Shown: positions 17,435 to 27,509, counted from the stretch's first letter. The stretch: 64,000 bases of DNA from a bacterium (GCA_021787855.1 JAJYLI010000001.1:3274-67273), one strand, 5' to 3'. Program-made: numbers and translations. The notes: generated by a model from the sequence alone, not told the origin.

Positions 17435-18663
17435 GCCGGGCCGTCCAGCGGCCGCAGCACCACGCCGGTCGGCACCTTGGGCGCGAAGAAGGTGGACTTG
17501 GGGGGCATGATCTGGCCGGCGTCCGCCACGCGGCGCACCGCTTCGAGGCGGGTCGGCGGCAGGAGCAGCGCGCAGGCACAGCGCGCTCCGCTCGCCGCGG
17601 CGCGCGCCTCCGCCGCGTCGGCGGTGTAGCTCAGCTCCGGCACGCGGCCCAGCAGCGCCTTCCCCACCACCCCCACCGCCACGCCGTCGGCCGCCGCGAC
17701 CTCCAGAGCCCGGAGGGCCGGATGGAGCGGGCGCCCCTCGGGCCCCGGGATCTCCGCCTCCGGTTTGAGCAGCAGCGGCACTTCCGCCCCCCCGGCAAAC
17801 ACGGCCGTGAGGGTTGGCGCCGCGCCGGGCGGCGCGGGCGCGAAGTACGGTGCCGCCGCGGCCACGAAGGCGTCGCGATCGAGCGGCGGCCCCGCGAGCA
17901 TCCGGTGGGTGGGCAGAATCACCAGGCCAGGGTCGCGGAACGAGACCACGTAGGCCAGCGTCCGCGCGGCGCCCGCGCGCCATGACTCCGGGGCCTCGTC
18001 GCGGAACAGCACCGACGTCTCGAACCGGTGATGGCCGTCCGCGACGTACACCGGCTCCGCGCCGGCGACCTCCGCGAGGCTCCGGGCCTCCTCGCCCGCG
18101 ATGATCCACACCGTCTGCTCGAATCCCAGCGCCTCGCACGCGGCCCACGGCGCCCGCGCCGTCGCCGAGCGCAGGGCCGCGGCCAGGGACCCCGCCGGGT
18201 CCGGCGCGAGCAGGAACACCGGGCTGAGGTTGGCGCCGGTCGCGTGCATCAGCCGGCGGCGGTCCTCCTTCGCCGCGCCGTGGGTCCGCTCGTGCGGCCG
18301 GATCCGGCCGCGGGCGAACGGCTCCGCCGCGGCCGCCAGGAACACGCCGGTGCGCGCCCGCACCACGCCGTCGGGGAACCGCCCCGCCGTGCGCAGCACA
18401 CAGGCCGTGGGTTCGGCGTCCCGGGCCAGGATGCGGGCGTCACGCCAGCTTCGCAGGGTCCGCGCGGCCTCCGCGTACGGGTCCGCGCCGGCGGGCGCCG
18501 CCGGCAGGTCCACCGCCGCGATGTTGTACGGATCGCCGCGGACCAGCTCCGCGCGCTCCGCCGGCCCGATCACGTCGTAGGGGGGCGCCAGCCGCCGGGC
18601 CAGCGCGCCCGGGTCGGCGTAGCGCTCGCCGCGGAACGGCGCGAACAGGGCCTGCCCGCTCAC
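17431..18663 (-). CDS. DUF1015 domain-containing protein
   Basis: FAPFRGERY...PPYDVI N-terminus, IRPHERT, and YVADGHHRFETS, all typical of DUF1015. GTG start overlaps the upstream stop (GTGA). Confidence 0.8.
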   Translation of the reverse strand: MSGQALFAPFRGERYADPGALARRLAPPYDVIGPAERAELVRGDPYNIAAVDLPAAPAGADPYAEAARTLRSWRDARILARDAEPTACVLRTAGRFPDGVVRARTGVFLAAAAEPFARGRIRPHERTHGAAKEDRRRLMHATGANLSPVFLLAPDPAGSLAAALRSATARAPWAACEALGFEQTVWIIAGEEARSLAEVAGAEPVYVADGHHRFETSVLFRDEAPESWRAGAARTLAYVVSFRDPGLVILPTHRMLAGPPLDRDAFVAAAAPYFAPAPPGAAPTLTAVFAGGAEVPLLLKPEAEIPGPEGRPLHPALRALEVAAADGVAVGVVGKALLGRVPELSYTADAAEARAAASGARCACALLLPPTRLEAVRRVADAGQIMPPKSTFFAPKVPTGVVLRPLDGPA

Positions 18664-18986
18664 GTGACCGGCCCCCCCTGCCGCGCGACGATCAGCGCGT
18701 CGAGGATGCGCTTCACCTCCGCCAGCGGCAGCCGCCCCACCGCAGCCTCCGCGGCCGAAGCGTCCACGGCAAACGCCAGGTAGTCGCTCTCGAGATGGCC
18801 CTCGGGACTGTTCCCCGCGGACCAGCGGATGAACAGCAGCGCCGCGCCGAACCGACCGTCGGGCCCCGGATCGTCGTCGGAGAACACCCCCACCGAGTAG
18901 GCCCCGCCGTCGCAGCCGGTGAATCCGGGCGGCCGGCCGTGCACGCTCACGTACCCCGCCAGGGTGTCGTCGCCGCCCACCGTCAC
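18660..18986 (-). CDS. Hypothetical protein (about 108 aa), family not recognised
   Basis: Own translation: VTVGGDDTLAGYVSVHGRPPGFTGCDGGAYSVGVFSDDDPGPDGRFGAALLFIRWSAGNSPEGHLESDYLAFAVDAS...KRILDALIVARQGGPVT. Third-position GC is strong. It fills the 320-nt space between PRODH and DUF1015, with GTGA overlaps at both ends. The start is one of several in-frame GTGs. Confidence 0.55.
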   Translation of the reverse strand: MTVGGDDTLAGYVSVHGRPPGFTGCDGGAYSVGVFSDDDPGPDGRFGAALLFIRWSAGNSPEGHLESDYLAFAVDASAAEAAVGRLPLAEVKRILDALIVARQGGPVT

Positions 18987-19912
18987 GAGCGCAGGGATTC
19001 CCGGATCACGTTGCCCGCGATGAACGCCACGTTCGCGGGGCGCTCGGCCAGCCGCCGCATCAGGTAGGGATACCACTGGGTCCCGAACGGGACGTACACC
19101 CGCATCCGGTAGCCGGCGCGGCGGAGCTCCTCCTGGAGGTCGCGCCGGATGCCGTACAGCATCTGGAACTCGAACCGCTCCGCCGCGATGCCCTTCGCCT
19201 CCGCGAACCGCCGCGCCCGGCCGATGAGGGCGGGGTCGTGCGTCGCCACGGCCGGGCGATGGCCCCGCTCGAGCAGTTGCTCCATCAGCGCCCCGTAGCT
19301 CCGGTCCACGTCCGCCTTGGCGGGGAAGGCCACCGCCGCCGGTTCCTGGTAGGCGCCCTTGCAGAGCCGGACCCGGGCCTTGAGCCCGATGAGCCGCTCG
19401 ATGTCGGCGGCGCTTCGGCGCAGGTACGCCTGGATCACGATGCCCACCCCGTCGCCATAGACCGGCAGGAGATCCCGCTCGAACAGCTCCAGCGTGCGCT
19501 CGGTGTGGGCGCTGCTCTCCATATCTATCCGGACGGGAAGGCCGAGCTCGCGGCCGCGGTCCAGGATGCGTCGCATGTTCTCGACGCACAGCTCCCGCCC
19601 CAGATCGAGGCCCATCTGCGTGAGCTTCACCGACACGTTGCAGTCCAGGCGTTCGGCCGCGATGCGCTCCAGCACCTGCACGACCGTCGCCGCGGCGGCG
19701 CGGGCGTCGTCGGCCGCCGTGACGCTCTCCCCCAGCAGGTCGAGGCTGGCCATGATGCCGCGGCCGTTGAGCTCGCGCACGGCGGCGACCGCCGTGTCGA
19801 GCGTCTCACCCGCCACGAAGCGCGAGGCGAGGCGCCGCGCCAGGGCATTGCCCCGGATGAAGGAAAAGACTCTGGGCTGCTCGCTGAGATACAGGAAGGT
19901 CCGGCGCAACAT
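18983..19912 (-). CDS. Proline dehydrogenase (monofunctional PutA-like PRODH)
   Basis: The family pattern runs throughout: SLDLLGE, VSVKLTQMG, RIDMESS, QAYLRRS, RLCKGAY, ATHD, EFQMLYGI. Confidence 0.9.
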   Translation of the reverse strand: MLRRTFLYLSEQPRVFSFIRGNALARRLASRFVAGETLDTAVAAVRELNGRGIMASLDLLGESVTAADDARAAAATVVQVLERIAAERLDCNVSVKLTQMGLDLGRELCVENMRRILDRGRELGLPVRIDMESSAHTERTLELFERDLLPVYGDGVGIVIQAYLRRSAADIERLIGLKARVRLCKGAYQEPAAVAFPAKADVDRSYGALMEQLLERGHRPAVATHDPALIGRARRFAEAKGIAAERFEFQMLYGIRRDLQEELRRAGYRMRVYVPFGTQWYPYLMRRLAERPANVAFIAGNVIRESLRS

Positions 19913-19919
19913 GGATGGC

Positions 19920-22064
19920 TTACCGGTCCGATGGATAGAAGGAGCCTCCGCGGGCCGCCAGCTCGACCAGCGAGGGGGCGGGCTGAAACCGATCGCCGTG
20001 CGTGTTCGCGAGGCGCTCCAGCGTCGCGACCGCGACCGGCGCGCCCAGCGCGTCGAGGGCGCGGAACGGGCCGCCGCGCCACGGCGGGAAACCGATGCCG
20101 AAGATCGCGCCCACGTCGCCGTCCCGCGGCTGCCGCACCACCCGGTCCTCGAGCGCCCGCGCCGCCTCGTTGAGCATGGCGAACGCCAGCCGCTCGGCCA
20201 GGGGATGCGCGTCGGGCGGCGCCGGCCGGGGCGTGACGCCCAGGACCGGGTACACCGACGGGTCCACGCCCGCGCGCTTCCCCGCCTTGTAGCGGTAGAA
20301 CCCCCGCCCGTTCTTGCGGCCGAGACGCCCGTCGGCCACCAGGGCGTGGAGGCCGATCGCCTGCCGCAGCCGGTCGCCGAAGGCTTCCTGCATGACGCCG
20401 CCCGCCTTGGTCCCGACGTCGAGGCCCACCTCGTCGAGCAGGGTGAAGGGGCCGACGGGGAATCCCCAGCGGGTCATCGCCCGGTCCACCGACTCGATCG
20501 GCACGCCCTCGGCCAGCAGGTGTCCGGCCTCGTTGATGTACGGCGCCAGAATGCGGTTGACGAAGAAGCCGGGGAGGTCGCGCACCACGATGACCGTCTT
20601 GCCCATCCGCCGCCCGAACGCGACCGCCGTCACGACGGTTTGAGGCGCGGTGCGCTCGCCCACGACCACCTCGAGCAGCGGCATCCGGTGCACCGGCGAG
20701 AAGAAGTGCATCCCGATCACCGTCTCGGGGCGGCACGACGCCTCGGCGATGCGGGAGATCGGGATCGTGGACGTGTTGGAGGCGAACACGCAGCCGGCGC
20801 CGGTGACCGCTTCCACCTCACGCAGCACCTGCTGCTTGAGCGCCAGATCCTCGAACACCGCCTCGATGATCAGGTCGGCCCTGTGGAAGCCCGCGAAGTC
20901 GGTCCCGCCGGAGATCAGCAGCTGCGCCCGCGCACCCTCGCGCCGAGTCAGGCTGCGGCGCCGCACCCGTTCGCCGACGATCCCGGCGGCCGCCTTGAGC
21001 CCGGCGCCGACCCGCGGCAGCTCGGCGTCCTTGAGGCGCACGCCGACGCCCGCCGTGAGCGCCGCCGTGGCCGCGATGCCCGAGCCCATGAATCCGGCGC
21101 CGAGGATCCCCAGCCGCTCCACCGGCCGGGGCGCCGGCGCGGGCGGCGTCACGCCCGGGTCCTTCTTGAGCGCGGTCGTCGCGAAGAACACCTCGACCAG
21201 GCGGCGGGACACCGAGGTCACGGCCAGCTTCCCGAACTGCTCCGCCTCGTAGCGCAGGCCGTGCTCGAGGCCCTGGGCCAGGCTCACGCGGATGGTATCC
21301 AGCGCGGCCAGGGGGGCCGGGTAGTGGCCGCCGGTCTGGTGGAGGGTCATGGCGCGCGCCTTCCGGAGCACCACCGCCTGACCAAGCGCGGTCCGGTCCA
21401 GGAACCAGCTCCCCGGCTGGCGCCGCCGCGGGCGCCGCTCGGCGAGCCGCCGGGCCGCCGCCACCGCCACCGACCGGAGGATCGCGGGAGCCACCAGCTC
21501 GTCCACCAGGCCCATCTTGAGCGCCTTGGCGGCGCGGATGTTCTTGCCGGTGAGGGCCATGTCCAGCGCGCCCCGCAGGCCCACGGTCCGCGGCAGCCGG
21601 TTGCAGCCGCCGGCGCCCGGAATGATGCCGAGCTGCACTTCCGGCGAGGCCAGCACCGTCTTGGGATGGTCGGTGGCGATCCGGTACTGGCAGGCGAGCG
21701 CCAGCTCCAGTCCGCCCCCGAGGCAGGTGCCGTGGATCGCCGCGACGACCGGCTTGGGCGACGCAGCCACCCGGTCCAGCATCGCCTGGCCCTGGCGCGA
21801 CAGCGCCGTCGCCTCCTCCGCCGTGCGCAACGCGACGAACTCCTCGATGTCCGCGCCCGCCACGAACATGTCTTCCTTGCCCGAGATGACCACCACCGCG
21901 CGCACGGCGCCGTCGCGCTCCAGCGCGTCGAAGGTGGCCTCGAACTCCTCGCGCACCGCCCGGGAGAGCTTGTTCACGCTCTCGCCCGGCAGGTCGAGGG
22001 TGACGACGGCGACCCCGTCCTCGACGGTGGTCGTGAGCGCCCGCGATCCGGCTTCGTCACTCAT
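19920..22064 (-). CDS. fadJ: Fatty-acid oxidation multifunctional protein (enoyl-CoA hydratase / 3-hydroxyacyl-CoA dehydrogenase), FadJ/FadB-like
   Basis: Crotonase part: VISGKEDMFVAGADI, GTCLGGGLELALAC. HADH Rossmann GILGAGFMGSGIA. Start trimmed to MSDEAG (ATG 22064), 10 nt after the thiolase stop. Confidence 0.9.
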   Translation of the reverse strand: MSDEAGSRALTTTVEDGVAVVTLDLPGESVNKLSRAVREEFEATFDALERDGAVRAVVVISGKEDMFVAGADIEEFVALRTAEEATALSRQGQAMLDRVAASPKPVVAAIHGTCLGGGLELALACQYRIATDHPKTVLASPEVQLGIIPGAGGCNRLPRTVGLRGALDMALTGKNIRAAKALKMGLVDELVAPAILRSVAVAAARRLAERRPRRRQPGSWFLDRTALGQAVVLRKARAMTLHQTGGHYPAPLAALDTIRVSLAQGLEHGLRYEAEQFGKLAVTSVSRRLVEVFFATTALKKDPGVTPPAPAPRPVERLGILGAGFMGSGIAATAALTAGVGVRLKDAELPRVGAGLKAAAGIVGERVRRRSLTRREGARAQLLISGGTDFAGFHRADLIIEAVFEDLALKQQVLREVEAVTGAGCVFASNTSTIPISRIAEASCRPETVIGMHFFSPVHRMPLLEVVVGERTAPQTVVTAVAFGRRMGKTVIVVRDLPGFFVNRILAPYINEAGHLLAEGVPIESVDRAMTRWGFPVGPFTLLDEVGLDVGTKAGGVMQEAFGDRLRQAIGLHALVADGRLGRKNGRGFYRYKAGKRAGVDPSVYPVLGVTPRPAPPDAHPLAERLAFAMLNEAARALEDRVVRQPRDGDVGAIFGIGFPPWRGGPFRALDALGAPVAVATLERLANTHGDRFQPAPSLVELAARGGSFYPSDR

Positions 22065-22074
22065 GGTGGTCGCC

Positions 22075-23370
22075 TCAGCGTCGCTCGAGGACCATGGCAA
22101 AGCCCATGCCGCCTTGCGCGCAGACCGACACCAGCCCGAACTGCACGTCGCGGCGCCGCATCTCGTGGGCCAGCGTCGTCACCAGCCGCGCGCCGGTCGC
22201 GCCGAACGGGTGGCCGATGGCGATCGAGCCGCCCATCACATTGAGCGTCTCCGGGTTCACCTCGCCGATTCGTCCGCTCCGGCCCAGCTGCTCGCGCGCC
22301 CAGCGATCCGACTCGATCGCCTGGATGTTCGAGAGCACCTGGACGGCGAACGCCTCGTGCATCTCGACCAGACCCAGCTCCCGCCAGTCGAGCCCGGCCC
22401 GCTCCAGGGCCTTGGGCACCGCGAAGCCGGGGCCCATCAGCAGCTGCCCGCCGGGATCCACCGCGGCCACCGCGAAGGCGCGTACGTACGCCAGCGGCTC
22501 GTAGCCCAGGGCTCGCGCGGCCTCAGCGCTCATCACCAGGACGGCCGCCGCGCCGTCGGTGAGTGGCGAGGCGTTGGCGGCCGTCACCGTCCCGTAGCGG
22601 CGGTCGAACACCGGCTTGAGCCTGGCCATCTGCTCCAGGGTGCTGTCCGCCCGGATGCCGTTGTCGCTGGTCACGACGGTGTCGTAGCCCGGCGGGACGA
22701 ACAGCGGCACGATCTCGGCCGTGAGCCGGCCGTCGGCCGTGCCCGCCGCGGCGCGCTGGTGCGAGCGCAGCGCGAAGCGGTCCTGCGCTTCCCGGGTGAT
22801 GCCGTTCTCCTTGGCCATCTTTTCCGCCGACTGGCCCATCGTCAGGCCGGTCGAAGGCTCCGCGATGGCCGGCGTCACCGGGATCAGGTCCCGCGGCCGG
22901 GTCTTGGCGAGGGTCTTGAGCCGGCCGCCGAGGCTCTTCGCCTTGCTGGCCTCGACGAGCAGCTCCGCGAACCGCCGGGAGTGCAGGATGGGCACGTCGG
23001 ACAGCGACTCCGTGCCGCCGGCGAGCACCACGTCCGCGCGGCCCAGGACGATCTCGTCGTGCGCCACCGCGATCGCCTGCCCCGAGGAGGCGCAGGCCCG
23101 GTTGAGCGAGAAGGCCGGCACCGTCCTGGGGAGCTGCGGCAGGAGGCTCACCTCCCGCGCGACGTTGGGCGCCAGCACCGACGGAATGACCTGCCCGAAG
23201 ACGACCTGGTCCACCCGCTTCGGCTCGAGCTCCGTGCGCGCCAGCAGCTCCCGGGCGGCGAGCCGTGCCAGCTCGACCGCGGCGATGTCCTTGAGTACGG
23301 TTCCGGATTTCGCGAAGGGCGTGCGGCAGCCCGCGACGATGGCGACCCGACGACCATTCTGCGCGACCAT
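22075..23370 (-). CDS. fadI: Acetyl-CoA C-acyltransferase (3-ketoacyl-CoA thiolase), FadI/FadA-like
   Basis: Active-site contexts LNRACASSGQAI, NVMGGSIAIGHPFGATG and CAQGGMG. Start trimmed to MVAQNGRRVAIV (ATG 23370). Confidence 0.9.
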   Translation of the reverse strand: MVAQNGRRVAIVAGCRTPFAKSGTVLKDIAAVELARLAARELLARTELEPKRVDQVVFGQVIPSVLAPNVAREVSLLPQLPRTVPAFSLNRACASSGQAIAVAHDEIVLGRADVVLAGGTESLSDVPILHSRRFAELLVEASKAKSLGGRLKTLAKTRPRDLIPVTPAIAEPSTGLTMGQSAEKMAKENGITREAQDRFALRSHQRAAAGTADGRLTAEIVPLFVPPGYDTVVTSDNGIRADSTLEQMARLKPVFDRRYGTVTAANASPLTDGAAAVLVMSAEAARALGYEPLAYVRAFAVAAVDPGGQLLMGPGFAVPKALERAGLDWRELGLVEMHEAFAVQVLSNIQAIESDRWAREQLGRSGRIGEVNPETLNVMGGSIAIGHPFGATGARLVTTLAHEMRRRDVQFGLVSVCAQGGMGFAMVLERR

Positions 23371-23485
23371 GGCCTCACTCCGGCTCCGCGCGCGGCGCGC
23401 GGTGCAGCCAAAGCTACCCGGCCGGGCGGGCCCGGGCCAGCCGGTTGGGGCGTGCGCGACTCCCGTTTCGGTGCCAGATTGAGCC

Positions 23486-25153
23486 ATGGACCCGCTGTTT
23501 TCCGCGCAGACGCGGCGGGCGGATCTCGCGGCGATGGCCGCCGCGCCCGTGGACCTGCTGGTGGTCGGCGCGGGCATCACGGGCGCGGGAATCGCGCGAG
23601 ACGCGGCGCTGCGGGGCATCCGCACGGCGGTGGTGGACGCGGGAGACTTCGGCGGCGGCACGTCGAGCCGCTCGACCCGGCTGGTCCACGGCGGCCTGCG
23701 TTACCTCGAGCACGGCTGGCTCCGCCTGGTGTTCGAGGCCAGCCGCGAGCGGCGCATCCTGCTCAGAATCGCCCCGCACCTGGTCCGCCCGCTGCCGCTG
23801 CTGTTCCCGGTGCACGCCGGCAGCCGCGTGGGCCGGCTCCGCCTGGCCGCGGGGCTGTGGCTGTACGATCTGCTCGCCCTGTTCCGCAACGTCCGCACGC
23901 ACCGCGGGCTGTCGCGGCAGGCCGTGGGCCGGGCCGAGCCGGGGCTGCGGGAGCGGGATCTGCGGGGCGGCGCCGTCTATTACGACGCCTGGTGCGACGA
24001 CGCGCGGCTGGTCCTGGCGAACGTGCGGGCCGCACACCGGGGTGGGGCACTGGTGGCGAGCTACGCCGCGGTCGCGTCGCTCGAGAAGGCCGGCGGCGCG
24101 CTGCGCGGCGCGGTGGTCCACGACGTGCTCGACGACCGGCGGTACGCCGTCCACGCGCACGTGGTGGTGAACGCCACCGGCCCCTGGAGCGACACGCTCC
24201 GGCGCCTGGACGATCCCGCCGCCGCGCCCCTGCTGCGGCCCACCAAGGGCGTGCACCTCGCCGTCCCGCGCCGCCGGGTCGGCAACGTCGGCGCGCTCAC
24301 CATGACCTCCCCGCTCGACGGCCGGATCCTGTTCGCCCTGCCGGTCGGCGCCATCACGGTCATCGGTACCACCGACACCGACTATGACGGCGACCCCGCG
24401 GAGGCCGGGCCGACCGCGGCCGACGTCATCTATCTGCTCCGCTCGGTGAACGCCTTCTTCCCGGACGCGCGGCTCGGACCCGAGGATGTCGTCGCCGCGT
24501 GGGCCGGACTGCGCCCCCTGCTCCGCACCGAGCCCGGCGTGGCGACGGCGGCCGTGCCGCGGGAGCACCGCATCGTCGAGAGCGCCAGCGGCCTGTTGTC
24601 CATCGCCGGCGGCAAGCTCACGACCTTCCGCGCCATGGCCGCCGAGCTGGTGGACGTCGTGGCCCGGCGGCTGCAGCGCCTCGACGGCCGGCGGCGGCCC
24701 GCCCGGGCAGCGACCGCGGCGCTGCCGCTGCCCGGCGGCGAAGTCGCGGATCTCGACCTGCTCGTCCAGGAGCTGGTGAAGGAAGCGGTGCCGGAGGCGA
24801 CCGCGCGGCACCTCGTGGCGCGCTACGGCTCCGAGGCGCTGGCGGTGGCGAACCTGGCCGCCCTGGACCCGGATCTGGCGCAGCCCCTGGCCCCGGGCTT
24901 CGCGACCCTCCGCGCCGAAGTGCCGTACCAGGCCCGCCGCGAGATGGCGCTGACCGTGAGCGACGTCATGATGCGCCGCACCCGGATGTTCCACGAGCAC
25001 CCCGGCCAGGGCACCGAGGCGTCCCCGGTCGTGGCCGGCCTGCTGGCGCGGGAGCTGGACTGGGACGCGGCCCGCGAGGCGGAGTCGCTGGCCGACTACC
25101 TCGGCGAGGTGCGCCGGATGCGGGAGGCGCTCACGCCGGCTCCGCCGGCCTGA
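23486..25153 (+). CDS. glpD: FAD-dependent glycerol-3-phosphate dehydrogenase
   Basis: DLLVVGAGITGAGIARDAALRG, TSSRSTRLVHGGLRYLE and GGKLTTFRAMA. Confidence 0.85.
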   Translation: MDPLFSAQTRRADLAAMAAAPVDLLVVGAGITGAGIARDAALRGIRTAVVDAGDFGGGTSSRSTRLVHGGLRYLEHGWLRLVFEASRERRILLRIAPHLVRPLPLLFPVHAGSRVGRLRLAAGLWLYDLLALFRNVRTHRGLSRQAVGRAEPGLRERDLRGGAVYYDAWCDDARLVLANVRAAHRGGALVASYAAVASLEKAGGALRGAVVHDVLDDRRYAVHAHVVVNATGPWSDTLRRLDDPAAAPLLRPTKGVHLAVPRRRVGNVGALTMTSPLDGRILFALPVGAITVIGTTDTDYDGDPAEAGPTAADVIYLLRSVNAFFPDARLGPEDVVAAWAGLRPLLRTEPGVATAAVPREHRIVESASGLLSIAGGKLTTFRAMAAELVDVVARRLQRLDGRRRPARAATAALPLPGGEVADLDLLVQELVKEAVPEATARHLVARYGSEALAVANLAALDPDLAQPLAPGFATLRAEVPYQARREMALTVSDVMMRRTRMFHEHPGQGTEASPVVAGLLARELDWDAAREAESLADYLGEVRRMREALTPAPPA

Positions 25154-26633
25154 CCCTGGCCATGTCGCGCGCCACCGTCGGCACGGCCAGCAGCAGCAGC
25201 GCGCCGCCCAGCAGGCCCACCGCCGGCAGGGTCATCAGCGCGAGGCGCAACCCGTAGCGGTCCGACAGGTAGCCCACCACGGGCAGGGCGATGGCGTCCC
25301 CGCCGATGTGGATGAAGAACACGTACACGCCCATCACCGTGGCGGCGATCCCGCGCGGCACGACGTCGAACAGCACCGCGGCGATCGGGCCGTTGTACCA
25401 CGTGAAGCAGAAGACGACCACGAAGAACAGCGCCGAGAACAGCCGCACGTCGCTCACCAGCAGCAGCACCACGCACACCGGCGCCCCGAGCAGGAAGCCC
25501 ATCGCGCTGGCGATCACCCGCCCCGCGGGGGTCACCTCCATGAGGCGGTCGCCGAGCCGCCCCCCGATCCACGAGCCGAGCACGCCGGCCACCAGGCCGA
25601 CCAGCCCGATCTGCCGGCCCGCCTGGACGAGCGTGAGGTCGAGCACGCGCTGCAGGTAGCTCGCGGACCAGGCCACCAGCGAGTTCATCGCCGCCGCGGT
25701 CAGGGCGCCGCCCACGAACATCCAGATGAGCGTCGGCGTCCGCAGCACGACGCCGGCCGCCTCCAGCATCTCGTCCACCGCGTCGGCCGGCGCGGAGGCC
25801 AGGAGCGGGCGCCGCCGCAGCGCGATGCGCACCCACTTGACCACGGTCCACACCAGGCCCAGGCCGACGACCGAGACGAACACGGCGGTGTCGAGCCGCG
25901 GTGGCAGGCCCCGCGCCAGCCCCAGGAACCCGAACGCCGCGGCGCCCACCAGGATCGCCACCAGGAGCGGCAGCGCGGCCCGGAACACCAGCCGGGTGGT
26001 GATCGGGAAGGGCCGCGCGGGCGGCTTCCCGGAGGGCGCGCGCCGCGGGCGCGGATCCTCGAGCCGCCGCAGGAGCAGCGCGAACAGCAGCCCCGGCAGG
26101 CCCACGACGACCAGCGCCGTACGCCATCCGAAGGTGGTCGCCAGGCGGCCTCCCAGCCACACGGCCAGGACGCCCCCCACGGCGAGCCCGATCCAGAAGA
26201 TGCCCATCGCCTGCGCGCGGCCCTTGCGGGGGAAGTAGTCGGCGAGCAGCGCCTGCGCCGAGGGCAGGTACGACGACTCCGCGAAGCCGACCACCCCACG
26301 CGTGGTGAGCAGGTGCCAGTACGACCCCGCCACGCCGCCCAGCGCGGTGAACCCGCTCCACACCGCCAGCCCGCCCGCGATGATGGTGCGCCGCGACCAC
26401 AGGTCGGAGAGCACGCCGGTGATCAGGGCGCCGAGCGCGAAGGTGATGGCGAACGAGGAGCCCAGCCACCCGAGCTGGGTGTCGGTGATGTGGAGTTCGT
26501 GCTTGATCGGCTCGAACAGCGCCAGGATGATGTTGCGGTCGAGGTAGTTCAGCAGGTTCCCGAAGGCCAGCAGCCCGAGGGCGTACCAGACGTAGCGGCT
26601 GCCGTGGCGGGGAGCGGCGCGGTCGGGGCTCAT
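25131..26633 (-). CDS. MFS transporter (Spinster-like)
   Basis: About 12 predicted TM segments. MFS motif LSDLWSRRTIIAGG and LNYLDRNI near the N-terminus. Its 3' end overlaps the glpD 3' end by 23 nt. Confidence 0.85.
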   Translation of the reverse strand: MSPDRAAPRHGSRYVWYALGLLAFGNLLNYLDRNIILALFEPIKHELHITDTQLGWLGSSFAITFALGALITGVLSDLWSRRTIIAGGLAVWSGFTALGGVAGSYWHLLTTRGVVGFAESSYLPSAQALLADYFPRKGRAQAMGIFWIGLAVGGVLAVWLGGRLATTFGWRTALVVVGLPGLLFALLLRRLEDPRPRRAPSGKPPARPFPITTRLVFRAALPLLVAILVGAAAFGFLGLARGLPPRLDTAVFVSVVGLGLVWTVVKWVRIALRRRPLLASAPADAVDEMLEAAGVVLRTPTLIWMFVGGALTAAAMNSLVAWSASYLQRVLDLTLVQAGRQIGLVGLVAGVLGSWIGGRLGDRLMEVTPAGRVIASAMGFLLGAPVCVVLLLVSDVRLFSALFFVVVFCFTWYNGPIAAVLFDVVPRGIAATVMGVYVFFIHIGGDAIALPVVGYLSDRYGLRLALMTLPAVGLLGGALLLLAVPTVARDMARVRPAEPA

Positions 26634-26656
26634 GCCGGATGGCGACGCGCGCCGGC

Positions 26657-27439
26657 CTACGGCAATCCCCGCACGGAGCGGCCGCCGGTCCCGGGCTTCG
26701 CGCGCGAGGCTTCCAGCCGCTCGCGGGCGTGCGTGACGACTTCCACGGCGTCCCGCGGATCGTCGGTCAGGTGGAAGATGTCGAGGTCGGCGGACCCGAT
26801 GTTGTGCGCGGCGGCCACCGTTCCGCGCAGCCAGTCGAGCAGCCCCTTCCAGTACGCGGTCCCGAACAGCACCAGCGGGAAGTGCTTGATCTTGCCCGTC
26901 TGAATGAGGGTGAGCGCCTCGAACAGCTCGTCGAGGGTGCCGTAGCCGCCGGGGAACACGACGAACCCCATCGAGTACTTCACGAACATCGTCTTGCGCA
27001 CGAAGAAGTACCGGAAGTGCATCGCGGTATCCACGTACGCATTGGTGCCCTGCTCGAAGGGAAGCTCGATGTTCAGTCCGATCGACGGGCCGTTGCCCAG
27101 CTGCGCACCCCGGTTGGCCGCCTCCATGATCCCCGGCCCGCCGCCGGTGATGACGGCGAACCCGGCCTCCGCGAACAGTCGCGCCGTCTCGGTCGCGGCC
27201 GCGTAGTGCGGATCGTCCTGCCGGGTGCGCGCCGAGCCGAAGAAGGTGACGCCCGAGCGCACTCCCGCGAGGGTGTCGAAGCCCTCCACGAACTCGCCCA
27301 TGATCCGGAGCACCCGCCAGGGGTCGCTGGAGAGCATCGCGGACTTCCGCTCGGCGGGCTGCGGAACGCTGAACAACCGCTCGTCCTCGGTCGGTCCGAG
27401 GCGCCTCGGCCCGCTCCGCCGGTCGTCTGGTGATGGCAT
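26657..27439 (-). CDS. LOG family protein (TIGR00730; nucleotide 5'-monophosphate nucleosidase / lysine-decarboxylase-like)
   Basis: GGGPGIMEAANRGA and PGGYGTLDELFEALTLIQTGK motifs. Start trimmed to MPSPDD (ATG 27439). Confidence 0.85.
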   Translation of the reverse strand: MPSPDDRRSGPRRLGPTEDERLFSVPQPAERKSAMLSSDPWRVLRIMGEFVEGFDTLAGVRSGVTFFGSARTRQDDPHYAAATETARLFAEAGFAVITGGGPGIMEAANRGAQLGNGPSIGLNIELPFEQGTNAYVDTAMHFRYFFVRKTMFVKYSMGFVVFPGGYGTLDELFEALTLIQTGKIKHFPLVLFGTAYWKGLLDWLRGTVAAAHNIGSADLDIFHLTDDPRDAVEVVTHARERLEASRAKPGTGGRSVRGLP

Positions 27440-27509
27440 CCGTGGCCCTCTTGCGACGGGGAGAAGGCGCGAATATACAGATTCACGGAACGCCGCACAA
27501 AGGAATGTG

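Noticed and set aside
18655-18670. Other CACGTG cores considered as additional parS sites, for example at 18661, 2045, 4403 and 7145.
   Set aside because: Their flanks do not match TGTT/AACA. Only the 33948 site has the full palindrome.
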